A stretch of 64,000 nucleotides of DNA, taken from assembly GCA_964608585.1 (NCBI GenBank), contig CAZSOL010000001.1, positions 75,666 to 139,665 of the forward strand, given 5' to 3'. This document shows, piece after piece, positions 1 to 9,794 of the stretch. A program made the translations under genes and the position numbers. The notes under the pieces were generated by a model. The model saw nothing but the letters and a program-made list of their open reading frames with translations, was not told the origin of the DNA and made no database searches. This DNA comes from an uncultured Candidatus Saccharibacteria bacterium (GTDB lineage: Bacteria; Patescibacteriota; Minisyncoccia; Phycocordibacterales; Zambryskibacteraceae). How positions within the stretch are numbered: the first letter of the stretch is position 1; each line of letters starts with the position of its first letter.

Positions 1-1
1 T

Positions 2-2524
2 CTAGCCAAGGATCACACCACTTCTATAGACGATGCATCTATTGAGATACATAAGAGACTTAGAGATGGCGACCTAGCTTCTGCAGAGAACGCTCGCGAG
101 TTCGTGAAGTCTATCTTTGACACTGAGAGATACGACCTCTCTCGTGTTGGACGCTTCCGCTTCAACAATCGCTTTGAGCTAAAGCAGACAGATAAGGAGA
201 TGGATAAGAGAACTCTCTCTCTTGAGGATCTTCGTATTATCGTCTCTCACATCATAACTCTCAACACCACTCCAAACTCAATGGCAGACGACATAGACCA
301 CTTGGGTTCTAGACGTGTTAGGTATGTTGGTGAGCTCTTCCAGCAGAAGATTCGTGTTGGTATGGCTCAGATCAAGAGGAACATCCAAAACAGGATGTCT
401 ACTATTGATACCGACGTCACACTCCCAGTGCAGTTCATCTCTCCTAAGCCACTTCAAGCGAGGATGAAGGAGTTCTTCACCACCAACCAACTCTCGCAGT
501 TTATGCAACAGACCAATGCCCTTGAAGAGCTTGAGCACTTGCGAACTCTCTCAGCCCTAGGTCCTGGAGGTCTTAACCGTGCTCGTGCAGGATACGAGGT
601 GCGCGACGTTCACCCATCTCACTACGGAAGACTTTGCCCTATCCACACCCCAGAAGGTCCAAACATTGGTCTTATCTTGCGTTTAGCTTCTTACGCTAGA
701 GTCAACGACTTCGGCATGATTGAGACTCCTTACGCAGTGGTAAAGGACGGCAAGATTACAAGTGAGATAAAGTATTTAAACGCGCTTGAGGAAGAGCAAT
801 ACAACATTGCTCACGCAGCTACTCCAGTTGAGGGCGACAAGATCGTGCCTGAAATTGTAGATGTTCGTCATAAGGGAGAGCCTCAGACTGTGCGTCGTGC
901 ACAAGTAGACTTCATTGACGTGGCCACCAACCAAGCCTTCTCTATCGCTACATCTTCTATCCCATTCCTTAACCACGATGATGCAAACCGAGCACTCATG
1001 GGTTCTAACATGCAGAAGCAGGGTACTCCATGTATCATCCCAGAGGCACCTCTAGTTGCAACTGGTATTGAGGAGAAGGCAATGAGAGACACAGGTAGAC
1101 TTGTGATAGCTCCAGTAGCCGGCACCATCTCATATGTAGATGGCAAGTCTATCGTGCTTACAGACAATAAGGGAGATGACCACGAGTTTAAGCTTGTGAA
1201 CTTCTCTATGACCAACGGCTTCACCGCTTTCCACCAGAGACCATCTGTTGAGGTTGGACAAAAGGTTAAGAAGGGCGATGTCTTAGCAGACACTTCCTCA
1301 TCTGAGCACGGTCAGTCAGCACTTGGGCAAAACATTTTGGTTGCCTTCATGAGCTGGTCTGGTGCTAACTACGAAGACGCCATCATTGTCTCCGAGAGAT
1401 TGGTGAAGGAGTCCAAGTTCACCTCTATACACATTGAGGACTTTGAGGTCAGTGTTCGAGACACCAAGCTGGGACCTGAGGTTACTACTTGTGACATACC
1501 AAACGTAGGTGAGAGTAAGCTCAAGAACTTGGCAGAGGACGGTATCATCCGTGTTGGAGCAGAGGTTCGCCCTGGAGACATCTTGGTTGGCAAGATTACT
1601 CCAAAGGGTGAGAGTCAGCTAACACCAGAGGAGAGACTCTTGAGGTCACTCTTTGGCGAGAAGGCAAGAGATGTGAAGGATACCTCAAAGAGGATGGAGG
1701 GAGGCAAGCGAGGTCGTGTTATCTCTGTCCAAGTGTTCTCTCGTGAAAGAGGAGACAAGCTAGACAGCGGTATCATCAAGAAGATTTATATTCAAGTTGC
1801 TCAACTAAGGAACGTATCTGTCGGAGATAAGCTCGCAGGACGTCACGGTAACAAGGGAGTTATCTCAAGGATCTTACCTGTTGAAGACATGCCATACATG
1901 GCAGATGGTACTCCTATAGACATCATCCTTACTCCACTCGGCGTGCCAAGCCGTATGAACCTAGGACAAATCTTAGAGCTACACTTAGGTCTTGCTGCTA
2001 ATACTCTAAACTACCAAGCTGTTGTACCTCCATTCGTTGGAGCAAATGATAGCGAGATTAAGGAGGAACTAAAGAAGGCAGGATTCAAAGAAGATGGCAA
2101 GATGAAGCTCTTTGACGGTCGTACTGGAGAGGCCTTTGACCAAGAGATCTCGGTTGGTTACATGTACATCTTGAAGCTCCACCACATGGTTGAGGACAAG
2201 ATACACATGCGTTCTATTGGTCCATACTCACTCATTACCCAGCAACCTTTGGGCGGTAAGGCACAAAACGGAGGTCAGAGGTTCGGAGAGATGGAAGTGT
2301 GGGCACTCCTAGGTCACGGTGTTGGACACACTCTTCGTGAGATGCTTACTATCAAGTCTGACGATATCCAAGGTAGGTCAGCAGCCTTTGACTCTATTGT
2401 TAAGGGAGAGAGGATCCAAGAGCCTGGGACACCAGCATCATTCAACGTCTTAGTGAACAACCTAAGAGGCTTGTCCTTAGATGTGGACGTTAATAAGAGA
2501 CGAGAGGAAACCAATAACCAATAA
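2..2524 (+). CDS. rpoB: DNA-directed RNA polymerase beta subunit, C-terminal ~840 aa (5' end lies upstream of the window)
   Basis: Frame open from window start; motifs GDKLAGRHGNKGVISRILP, DGTPIDIILTPLGVPSRMNLGQILE, NGGQRFGEMEVWAL. Confidence 0.95.
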   Translation, partial: LAKDHTTSIDDASIEIHKRLRDGDLASAENAREFVKSIFDTERYDLSRVGRFRFNNRFELKQTDKEMDKRTLSLEDLRIIVSHIITLNTTPNSMADDIDHLGSRRVRYVGELFQQKIRVGMAQIKRNIQNRMSTIDTDVTLPVQFISPKPLQARMKEFFTTNQLSQFMQQTNALEELEHLRTLSALGPGGLNRARAGYEVRDVHPSHYGRLCPIHTPEGPNIGLILRLASYARVNDFGMIETPYAVVKDGKITSEIKYLNALEEEQYNIAHAATPVEGDKIVPEIVDVRHKGEPQTVRRAQVDFIDVATNQAFSIATSSIPFLNHDDANRALMGSNMQKQGTPCIIPEAPLVATGIEEKAMRDTGRLVIAPVAGTISYVDGKSIVLTDNKGDDHEFKLVNFSMTNGFTAFHQRPSVEVGQKVKKGDVLADTSSSEHGQSALGQNILVAFMSWSGANYEDAIIVSERLVKESKFTSIHIEDFEVSVRDTKLGPEVTTCDIPNVGESKLKNLAEDGIIRVGAEVRPGDILVGKITPKGESQLTPEERLLRSLFGEKARDVKDTSKRMEGGKRGRVISVQVFSRERGDKLDSGIIKKIYIQVAQLRNVSVGDKLAGRHGNKGVISRILPVEDMPYMADGTPIDIILTPLGVPSRMNLGQILELHLGLAANTLNYQAVVPPFVGANDSEIKEELKKAGFKEDGKMKLFDGRTGEAFDQEISVGYMYILKLHHMVEDKIHMRSIGPYSLITQQPLGGKAQNGGQRFGEMEVWALLGHGVGHTLREMLTIKSDDIQGRSAAFDSIVKGERIQEPGTPASFNVLVNNLRGLSLDVDVNKRREETNNQ

Positions 2525-2529
2525 CGACC

Positions 2530-5500
2530 ATGACTAACAACAACAAGAAAACAATTGATACCAAGGACTTCACCTCGCTTACAATAAAGCTTGCAAGTCC
2601 AGAGCGCATCAAGGAGTGGTCGTTCGGTGAGGTGACCAAGCCGGAGACCATCAACTACAGGACTCAGAGAAGCGAGAGGAACGGACTCTTTGACGAGAAG
2701 ATCTTCGGTCCAGACAAGGACTTTGAGTGTTACTGCGGTAAGTATAGAGGTATTAGATACAAGGGTATTGTATGTGAGAAGTGTGGAGTGGAGATTACTC
2801 GCTCTATAGTTCGTCGTGAGAGGATGGGCCACATTGAGCTCGCTTCTCCGGTTGCGCACATTTGGTTCCTTAAGAACGTACCATCAAGGATCTCTCTTGT
2901 GATGGGTATCCCAGTAGCAGACCTTGAGAAGGTTATCTACTTTGCTGGTTACATTGTTACCTCTGTATCAGAGTCAGAGAAGAATAGGGTCTTGAAGGAT
3001 TTGGACTCTGAGTTCAAGAGTAAGGTTAAGAGCTTGCATGATGACAAGGCTAAGGAGGCTCTAAAGGAGCTCGCTCAGCAAGCTAAGAAGGATATAGAGT
3101 CTCTTGTGCCAGGAAGGGTCTTGGATGAAGTTGAGTACCATCGTTTTGGTATGAAGTACTCAACTATCTTTGAGGCGGGTATTGGTGCAGAAGCAATCTT
3201 TGAAATCCTAAAGTCTTTGGATCTCAAGAAGTTACATGCCGAGATAGAAGAGCAGATAACTAGAGCTCCTGCTACAGAGTTGGTCCGTCTACACAAGAGA
3301 GCTTCTACCGTACAGTGGTTGATTAGCTCAAACATCCGTCCTGAGTGGATGTTCCTTACTCGTATACCGGTTATCCCTCCAGCAATTAGACCAATGGTTC
3401 CACTAGATGGAGGTAGATACGCAACATCTGATGTAAACGACCTATACCGTCGTGTGATAAACAGGAACAACCGCTTGAGGAAACTTAAAGAGATTAATGC
3501 TCCAGATGTGATCCTCCGCAATGAGAAAAGAATTCTTCAGGAGGCAGTAGATGCACTTATAGACAACACTATAAGACATGGAAGCGCTGGTGGAAGTCAG
3601 GCACAGAGGAGACCTCTTAAGAGTTTGTCTGACAACCTCAAGGGTAAACGCGGTCTCTTCCGTCAGAATCTTTTGGGTAAGAGAGTAGACTACTCTGGTC
3701 GCTCAGTTATCGTTGTTGGTCCAGAACTCAAGCTCCATCAGTGTGGACTTCCAAAGCATATGGCCTTGGAACTCTTCAAACCTTTCGTCATTTCAGAGCT
3801 ATTGAAGCGCGAGCTAGCTTACAACATCCCTGGTGCAAGACGTCTTATTGAGGATGCTATACCAGAGGTATGGGCAATCTTAGAAGAGATTATTAAGAAC
3901 AAGTATGTGCTCCTAAACCGCGCACCTACACTACACCGCTTGGGTATACAAGCCTTCCAGCCAATCTTGATTGAGGGTAATGCGATACAACTTCACCCTC
4001 TAGTATGTACAGCCTTCAACGCGGACTTCGATGGAGACCAGATGGCTGTACACGTGCCACTCTCGGACGAGGCTCAAGCTGAGGCTAGACTCATTATGGC
4101 AGCGGACAAAAACATCCTAAAGCCGGGTAACGGTGAGCCTGTTGTCACCAACAAGATGCTAGACATCGTCCTTGGTACTTACTGGATGACTCGCATTATT
4201 GCAGGAGAAAAGGGAGAGAACTCCTTCCACTCAAGTCCAAACGCATCTATTACAGCATACGACTTCGGAGCTGTGGCTATGAGAGCCAAGATAAAGGTCT
4301 TGGCAACTGACTCAGAGAAGTACAAGCATCTTGACGGTAAGATCTTTGAGACATCTGTCGGTAGGCTACTGTTCAACTCTGTGCTTCCTTCGGACTACCC
4401 ATACATCAACCATGAGATGGATAAGAAGAAGATGGGAGAGTTGGTAGACGACCTTATTGAGAAGTATGGCATTGAGAACTTGCCTGCAATCGCTGACAAG
4501 ATCAAGAGCTTCGGCTTCAAGTATGCAACTCAGTCTGGAGTTACATGGGGGTTAGACGACGTTAAGATCCCTGAGGAAAAGTCTAAACTTGTAGAGAAGG
4601 GTAGAAAGGAGGTTGAGAAGGTTATAGAGCAGTGGAACGACGGACTTCTCTCTGAGAACGAGAGGATACAAAAGTCTGTTGAGATCTGGCAGTCCATAAA
4701 GTCTGAGATTGAGGTATTGATCCCAGCTACATTGGATATAAAAGATTCTGTATACGACATGACTTACTCTGGAGCTAGAGGAACCATGGGCAACCTTACT
4801 CAGATGGTGGGTATGAAGGGTATCATTGCTAACGTCTCTGGAGAGTCGCTAGAGTTCCCTATTACATCTTGTTACAAGGAAGGCCTTACTCCACTTGAGT
4901 ACTTCATCACCACTCACGGTTCTAGAAAGGGTCTAACAGACACAGCACTTAACACTGCTAAGGCCGGATATCTTACAAGACGTCTCTTCGATGTGGCACA
5001 AGACGAGATGATTACTGAACATGATTGTGGCACTAAGGAAGGAATCCTTATAACTAGAGAGTCTGCTTCTGGTATTCAGATTCCGATCTCTAAGTCGGTG
5101 AAGGGGCGCTTCTTGGCTCAAGATGTCTCAGATGATAAGGGTAATGTGATCTTCAAAGCGGGCCACTTCTTGACCAAGGCTGATGCTGACTCTCTTGAGA
5201 AGGCTAATGTAGAGGAGGTTGTGGTACGAAGCCCAATGACCTGTAAGTCGGAGCAGGGGCTATGTGTGAAGTGCTATGGTGCCGATCTTGGTAACAACAA
5301 GGTGATAGAACTAGGTGAGGCTGTTGGTACAGTAGCTGCTCAAGCCATTGGTGAGCCAGGTACACAGCTAACAATGAGAACCTTCCACGCTGGAGGAGTG
5401 GCAGCTCAAGGAGGAGACATTACTCAAGGTCTACCAAGAGTTGAAGAAATCTTTGAGAAGAGGAAGCCTAAGAGCCAGGCTCTCATCGCCCATGTTGATG

Positions 5501-6162
5501 GTACAGTGTCTGAGATTAGATTAGATGGTCACGACAAGGTGATAGTGCTATTGCCGAATGAAGGAGAGACAAAGTCAAAGACTAAGAAACTGGATACAGA
5601 GTATACAGTTGCTCCAAACAGAAGCATCTTGGTTAAGGTTGGAAGCGAGGTAAAGAAGGGTGACTTCCTTACTGACGGCTCTGCTGATCTGGATGAACTC
5701 TTCAAGTTTGCAGGTCGCGAGGTTACAGCCAAGTACATCATCCATGAGGTGTCAAAGCTCTATGAGCTCCAAGGAGCAGCCGTCTCGCACAAGCATATTG
5801 AGCTTATCATTAGACAAATGTTTGCTCGTAGAAGGATCAAGGACCCAGGCTCTACCACCTTTACTCGAGGTGACGTAGTAGAACTCTCAGATGTCTTGCA
5901 CACAGATGCTAAGGCTGACCCAGTTATCATGGGTATATCAGAGGTGTCTCTCTCAAGAGCATCCTTCCTCTCCGCAGCATCCTTCCAGCACACTCCAAGA
6001 GTGCTTATCCAAGCAGCTATTAGAGGGGCTGAGGACGAGCTCCTAGGACTAAAGGAAAATGTTATCATTGGTAGGATTATCCCTGCCGGTACAGGCTTCC
6101 CGGGTGGTTACAAACAAAAACTCATATGGGAGGAAATGTCGAAGAAATCAAACAACGCTTAG
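2530..6162 (+). CDS. rpoC: DNA-directed RNA polymerase beta' subunit
   Basis: 1210 aa; zinc-finger CYCGKYRGIRYKGIVCEKCGVEIT; catalytic NADFDGDQMAVHVPLS; starts 5 nt after rpoB stop. Confidence 0.95.
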   Translation: MTNNNKKTIDTKDFTSLTIKLASPERIKEWSFGEVTKPETINYRTQRSERNGLFDEKIFGPDKDFECYCGKYRGIRYKGIVCEKCGVEITRSIVRRERMGHIELASPVAHIWFLKNVPSRISLVMGIPVADLEKVIYFAGYIVTSVSESEKNRVLKDLDSEFKSKVKSLHDDKAKEALKELAQQAKKDIESLVPGRVLDEVEYHRFGMKYSTIFEAGIGAEAIFEILKSLDLKKLHAEIEEQITRAPATELVRLHKRASTVQWLISSNIRPEWMFLTRIPVIPPAIRPMVPLDGGRYATSDVNDLYRRVINRNNRLRKLKEINAPDVILRNEKRILQEAVDALIDNTIRHGSAGGSQAQRRPLKSLSDNLKGKRGLFRQNLLGKRVDYSGRSVIVVGPELKLHQCGLPKHMALELFKPFVISELLKRELAYNIPGARRLIEDAIPEVWAILEEIIKNKYVLLNRAPTLHRLGIQAFQPILIEGNAIQLHPLVCTAFNADFDGDQMAVHVPLSDEAQAEARLIMAADKNILKPGNGEPVVTNKMLDIVLGTYWMTRIIAGEKGENSFHSSPNASITAYDFGAVAMRAKIKVLATDSEKYKHLDGKIFETSVGRLLFNSVLPSDYPYINHEMDKKKMGELVDDLIEKYGIENLPAIADKIKSFGFKYATQSGVTWGLDDVKIPEEKSKLVEKGRKEVEKVIEQWNDGLLSENERIQKSVEIWQSIKSEIEVLIPATLDIKDSVYDMTYSGARGTMGNLTQMVGMKGIIANVSGESLEFPITSCYKEGLTPLEYFITTHGSRKGLTDTALNTAKAGYLTRRLFDVAQDEMITEHDCGTKEGILITRESASGIQIPISKSVKGRFLAQDVSDDKGNVIFKAGHFLTKADADSLEKANVEEVVVRSPMTCKSEQGLCVKCYGADLGNNKVIELGEAVGTVAAQAIGEPGTQLTMRTFHAGGVAAQGGDITQGLPRVEEIFEKRKPKSQALIAHVDGTVSEIRLDGHDKVIVLLPNEGETKSKTKKLDTEYTVAPNRSILVKVGSEVKKGDFLTDGSADLDELFKFAGREVTAKYIIHEVSKLYELQGAAVSHKHIELIIRQMFARRRIKDPGSTTFTRGDVVELSDVLHTDAKADPVIMGISEVSLSRASFLSAASFQHTPRVLIQAAIRGAEDELLGLKENVIIGRIIPAGTGFPGGYKQKLIWEEMSKKSNNA

Positions 6163-7715
6163 ATATTGCCGAAGTCGTAGGAGGATACATTAAACTCGAG
6201 AAATCAGGGATCAACTTCAAAGCCAAGTGTCCCTTCCATACAGAGAAGACTCCGAGTTTCTTTGTTTCCACCAACAGACAAGGCTACTACTGTTTTGGTT
6301 GTGGGGAGAAGGGAGACATCTTCACCTTCGTGGAGAAGATGGAGGGGGTAGACTTCAAGGAAGCTCTTAAGATCTTGGCGGATAAGGCTGGAGTAGAACT
6401 CAAAAATGATAGAAGTAGTGAGAAGCGAGATAACTCAAGACTATACCAAGCTCTTGAAGAAGCAACGAAATATTATCAGGAAAGGTTAAGACAAAATCCA
6501 GAGGCAGAGAAGTACTTGAAGTCCAGAGGCATCTCTGAGGAGAGTATAAAGAGTTGGAGACTTGGTTTCGCTGACGATGATTGGAGACTTTTGCGAACGA
6601 AGCTAAACTCTTTAGGTTACTCAGACTTAGAGCTCACTCAAGCTGGTCTCATTAAGAAAAGTGTTGAGCGCGAGAGTTCGGAGCCTTACGATGTCTTTAG
6701 GGGGAGGTTGATGTTTCCGATCTTTGACACTAGGGGAGAAGTGGTCGCCTTCTCGGGGAGAGCTTTGTCTAAGGATACAGAGCCAAAATACTTAAACAGT
6801 CCAGACACAGAACTCTTCAACAAAAGTGAGACTCTGTATGGCTTTGACAAAGCCAAAGAAGAGATAAGGAAGAAGGATTACACTATCCTTGTTGAGGGAC
6901 AGTTGGATCTTGTGCTCTCTCATCAGTCTGGAGTTAAGAATACAGTGGCCTCCTCTGGCACAGCCTTTACCCAAGGTCATCTTGAGAAGCTGAAGAAACT
7001 CTCTTCACGAATTCTTCTTGCTTTTGATGGAGATGAGGCGGGGATGAAGGCTTCGGAGAGGAGTACTCTCTTAGCTCACTCGCTCGGTATGGAGGTGAAG
7101 ATCGCTCAAATACCTAAGGGTTTGGATCCTGCTGACATGGTTAAGGAAGATTCAGAAAGTTGGAAGACTGCTTTGAGAGAGGCCAAGAGTGCGGTTGAGA
7201 CCTTTATAGAGTATGTTTTGTCTGTTGAGAGAGATGCCAATAAGGTTTCAAGATTGGTGGAGAGGAAGATCCTCCCCATCATTGCTGTGATGACCTCCAA
7301 GTTTGAGAAGGAGAATGCTGTATCTAAAGTAGCAAGTCTTCTTGGTCGAAGTCCAGCTATTGTAGCTGAGATGGTCTCTAAGATCCCTGTCCTTGGACAA
7401 ACATTTGGTCAAATACCAAGTGGGGATACAGCTGGTGAGGTAGAGACATTTAATGAGAGCCGTATAGAGAAGATAGAGAGAGAGCTTGCTACCGTGGAAG
7501 AATTGCAAAAGGACTTTGAGAAAGGGTCTAAGGAATACTCTCTAGCTCTCAAAAACAAGAGCGAACTTGAGAGTAACCTAAGAATTGCCAAGCTTGAGGA
7601 GAAGAGGGAGTCCTTGCTTGTAGATCTTGCGAGGGGTGGCGAGGCAGAGAGGCTACATAAGGAGATTATAGAGCTTGGGCGAGAGATAGATGACGAAAGG
7701 AGGAAATTATTGTAA
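6126..7715 (+). CDS. dnaG: DNA primase
   Basis: CHC2 zinc finger CPFHTEKTPSF...CFGCGEKGD; TOPRIM ILVEGQLD...LAFDGDEAG; overlaps rpoC 3' end by 37 nt. Confidence 0.9.
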   Translation: MGGNVEEIKQRLDIAEVVGGYIKLEKSGINFKAKCPFHTEKTPSFFVSTNRQGYYCFGCGEKGDIFTFVEKMEGVDFKEALKILADKAGVELKNDRSSEKRDNSRLYQALEEATKYYQERLRQNPEAEKYLKSRGISEESIKSWRLGFADDDWRLLRTKLNSLGYSDLELTQAGLIKKSVERESSEPYDVFRGRLMFPIFDTRGEVVAFSGRALSKDTEPKYLNSPDTELFNKSETLYGFDKAKEEIRKKDYTILVEGQLDLVLSHQSGVKNTVASSGTAFTQGHLEKLKKLSSRILLAFDGDEAGMKASERSTLLAHSLGMEVKIAQIPKGLDPADMVKEDSESWKTALREAKSAVETFIEYVLSVERDANKVSRLVERKILPIIAVMTSKFEKENAVSKVASLLGRSPAIVAEMVSKIPVLGQTFGQIPSGDTAGEVETFNESRIEKIERELATVEELQKDFEKGSKEYSLALKNKSELESNLRIAKLEEKRESLLVDLARGGEAERLHKEIIELGREIDDERRKLL

Positions 7716-7730
7716 AATATCCAGCTATTA

Positions 7731-8972
7731 ATGGTAAAGAAAAAAACCAAGAAGAATAAGGCCAGTAAAAAGACTAGCGTAAAATCGCGAGTCAAAAAGG
7801 TTAAGGCCAAGAAGTTGGTTAAGAAGGCAACAAAGAAATCCGCCAAAGTAGGAGGAGGCAAGAAGCTTAAGGCCAAGAAGTTAACAAAGAAAGTTACAAA
7901 GAAGAACCAAGAGCAAGACACAAAGACAAATCGTCTCATTGCTCGTGGTAAGGAGAGAGGGTTTATCACATATGACGAGATTCTTAAGGAGTTCCCAACC
8001 ATTGAGACCAATATCATCTTCTTGGATGACTTGTATCAGAAGTTCCAACAAGCAGGGGTAGATGTGCTTGAGGGAGGAGGCCTCTTGGAGATACCTACAT
8101 CGGACGATGATAAGAAGTTTTACTCCAAGAGTGACTCAGCTTATGACTCTATCCAGATGTATCTCAAGGAGATCGGCAGGTATCCTCTAATCTCCGGCAA
8201 TATGGAGAAGGAGCTTGCCAAGCGTATTGAGGACGGTGACGTGGAGGCAAGGAACTTGCTAGCACAGGCCAACTTGCGTCTCGTCGTCTCTATCGCCAAG
8301 AAGTATGCCAACAGGAGTCCTGACTTAACACTCCTAGACCTAATACAGGAGGGGAACCTTGGACTATATAAAGCCGTGGAGAAGTTTGATAGGACTAAGG
8401 GATTCAAGTTCTCTACCTATGCTACTTGGTGGATACGCCAAGCTATCACCCGTGCACTAGCAGACCAGTCTCGTACTATCCGTGTGCCGGTGCATATGGT
8501 GGAGACTATTGCTAAGTACAAGCAAGTTGTAAGACGCCTTACCCAAGACCTAGGGCGTGAGCCCTTGCCAGAGGAGATTGCAATGGAGATGAACCTTGAT
8601 GTAGAGAAGATCTATCAGATAGAGAAGATAGATCAGTCTACTGTATCCTTGGAGAGTCCGGTGGGGGACGAGGGAGATGATGGTAAGAGTAAGCTCGGCG
8701 ACTTCCTCGCAGACGACAAGATACTCTCTCCAGCAGAGGAGTCTTCTCGCAGAATTATTTCTGACCAAGTGAAGGAGATACTAAACGACCTCCCTCCAAA
8801 GGAGAGAAAGATTTTGGAAATGAGACACGGTCTTACAGATGGATATACTCACACACTAGAGGAGGTGGGCAAAGTTTTCGGTGTTACTCGTGAGCGTATA
8901 AGACAGATTGAGGCCAAGGCGCACGAGAAGATACGCCAACACGAGAAGATAAATAGACTAAGAGGATACTAA
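7731..8972 (+). CDS. rpoD: Primary sigma-70 factor with a lysine-rich ~65-aa N-terminal extension
   Basis: Region 2 ([14 protein letters not shown]), region 3, region 4 ([19 protein letters not shown]); dnaG-rpoD synteny; N-terminus [28 protein letters not shown]... Confidence 0.9.
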   Translation: MVKKKTKKNKASKKTSVKSRVKKVKAKKLVKKATKKSAKVGGGKKLKAKKLTKKVTKKNQEQDTKTNRLIARGKERGFITYDEILKEFPTIETNIIFLDDLYQKFQQAGVDVLEGGGLLEIPTSDDDKKFYSKSDSAYDSIQMYLKEIGRYPLISGNMEKELAKRIEDGDVEARNLLAQANLRLVVSIAKKYANRSPDLTLLDLIQEGNLGLYKAVEKFDRTKGFKFSTYATWWIRQAITRALADQSRTIRVPVHMVETIAKYKQVVRRLTQDLGREPLPEEIAMEMNLDVEKIYQIEKIDQSTVSLESPVGDEGDDGKSKLGDFLADDKILSPAEESSRRIISDQVKEILNDLPPKERKILEMRHGLTDGYTHTLEEVGKVFGVTRERIRQIEAKAHEKIRQHEKINRLRGY

Positions 8973-8980
8973 ACGTTGAA

Positions 8981-9009
8981 GCCCCGCACAGAATTTGTGC
9001 GGGGCTTTG
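8981..9009 (+). terminator. rpoD intrinsic terminator hairpin gccccgcaca-gaattt-gtgcggggc plus T-rich tract; core of direct-repeat copy 1 (8971..9016)
   Basis: Perfect 10-bp GC-rich stem followed by tttggttgtcttt; a near-identical copy occurs at 9484..9526. Confidence 0.75.
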
Positions 9010-9021
9010 GTTGTCTTTGAG

Positions 9022-9399
9022 CTATGCTTGACGCATCAGCTTGACGCTTGGGAGTGTGTTCTCCTCCCGAGGGATGAGACACTTGGCGAGCTCATCGCGG
9101 ATGATTCGCCGCACCTCGTTCTCGAGACCAGCTCTGATGAGGGGTCCGAGAGCTTCAGCGAGTTCGGGCCACACCTTCTCGTCCATGAGCCCAACCTCGA
9201 ACCCCCATTCTTGGAGATCGATCAGGCACTTCTGGATCTGGCCGAGAAGATGCATGATCAGGCCGTGTTTGCCGTTCCCCCTGCAGGTGAGACACTGGAT
9301 CTCCCACGTCATTGCTCTGAGTAGGTTTCGACCCGCCTCCTCACGCATCTGGGGGGTGGCGTTGAAGAACGGATTGTCCTTCGGCAGTCTGTCGCTCAT
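9022..9399 (-). CDS. Hypothetical 125-aa protein with one CxxCxGxG motif (CLTCRGNGKH); locally GC-rich cassette gene
   Basis: ATG at 9399 preceded by GAGGAG; upstream minus-strand TTGACA-18 nt-TATAAT promoter; about 62% GC in a 60-nt sample versus about 42% in adjacent rpoD; flanked by 45-bp direct repeats. Confidence 0.6.
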   Translation of the reverse strand: MSDRLPKDNPFFNATPQMREEAGRNLLRAMTWEIQCLTCRGNGKHGLIMHLLGQIQKCLIDLQEWGFEVGLMDEKVWPELAEALGPLIRAGLENEVRRIIRDELAKCLIPREENTLPSVKLMRQA

Positions 9400-9447
9400 G
9401 GACTCCTCAAGGGTTGGGGGGCGGAGCTTCGATGAACATCTACTTAA

Positions 9448-9477
9448 ATTATACTACACAAAATGTATTTTTGTCAA
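9448..9477 (-). promoter_or_regulatory. Near-consensus sigma-70 promoter for the 9022..9399 gene (-35 TTGACA at 9472..9477, -10 TATAAT at 9448..9453, minus strand)
   Basis: Minus-strand read: TTGACAaaaatacattttgtgtagTATAAT, 18-nt spacer, about 45 nt upstream of the ATG. Confidence 0.6.
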
Positions 9478-9483
9478 GTATAA

Positions 9484-9526
9484 AAACGTTGAAGCCCCGC
9501 ACAGAATTGTGCGGGGCTTGGTGTCT
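9484..9526. repeat. Direct-repeat copy 2 of the terminator-hairpin element (aaacgttgaagccccgcacagaattgtgcggggcttggtgtct); also the terminator of the minus-strand gene 9532..9780
   Basis: About 90% identical to 8971..9016 in the same orientation; together they bracket the 467-bp GC-rich insert. Confidence 0.7.
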
Positions 9527-9531
9527 CGTGG

Positions 9532-9780
9532 TCACTTTTTCAAAAATCTAGGGAGGTAGTATCCCAAGAAGAGGAAAAGCGTACCGGAGGCGAAGAGCAA
9601 GAGGGGAGCCAGCTCCATGTTGGGGATCGGACGGAAGATGGTTTCGATCCCTCTTACGATGATCAGCATACCGAATAGCATGAAGAAAAGGCTAATGAGT
9701 AGAACCATAAGACTCTTTGACACAGGTGAGCTCCTTTTGAAGTCTACCTTAATCATATCACCAAACACACCAAAAGTCAA
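9532..9780 (-). CDS. Small membrane protein (82 aa, two predicted TM helices), hypothetical
   Basis: Hydrophobic segments LMVLLISLFFMLFGMLIIV and LAPLLLFASGTLFLFLGYY; last gene of the minus-strand block. Confidence 0.5.
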   Translation of the reverse strand: MTFGVFGDMIKVDFKRSSPVSKSLMVLLISLFFMLFGMLIIVRGIETIFRPIPNMELAPLLLFASGTLFLFLGYYLPRFLKK

Positions 9781-9794
9781 GTATTAAAATAAGC

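Noticed and set aside
7409-8017. Minus-strand 202-aa ORF spanning the dnaG/rpoD junction, plus many other antisense ORFs in the track (for example 278..538, 883..1293, 3075..3521, 5760..6068, 15309..15533, 39037..39393, 45899..46537, 61489..61911)
   Set aside because: They lie entirely antisense to strongly supported conserved genes (rpoB, rpoC, dnaG, rpoD, typA, ddl, leuS, rpoA) and have low-complexity or Ser/Leu-rich translations typical of shadow ORFs.
8995-9324. Plus-strand 109-aa ORF (TTG start inside the rpoD terminator hairpin) antisense to the 9022..9399 gene; also the 9041..9559 + 172-aa ORF
   Set aside because: These ORFs start within a terminator stem and lack SD or promoter signals. 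The minus-strand frame has a consensus promoter plus SD. A GC-rich insert produces long spurious frames on both strands.
9469-9478. Motif TTGTCAAGTA recurring at 9469, 31691 and 63177 (and TTGTCGAGTA at 39668)
   Set aside because: It is explained as minus-strand -35 elements (TTGACA) of sigma-70 promoters with a similar local context, not a dispersed repeat element.
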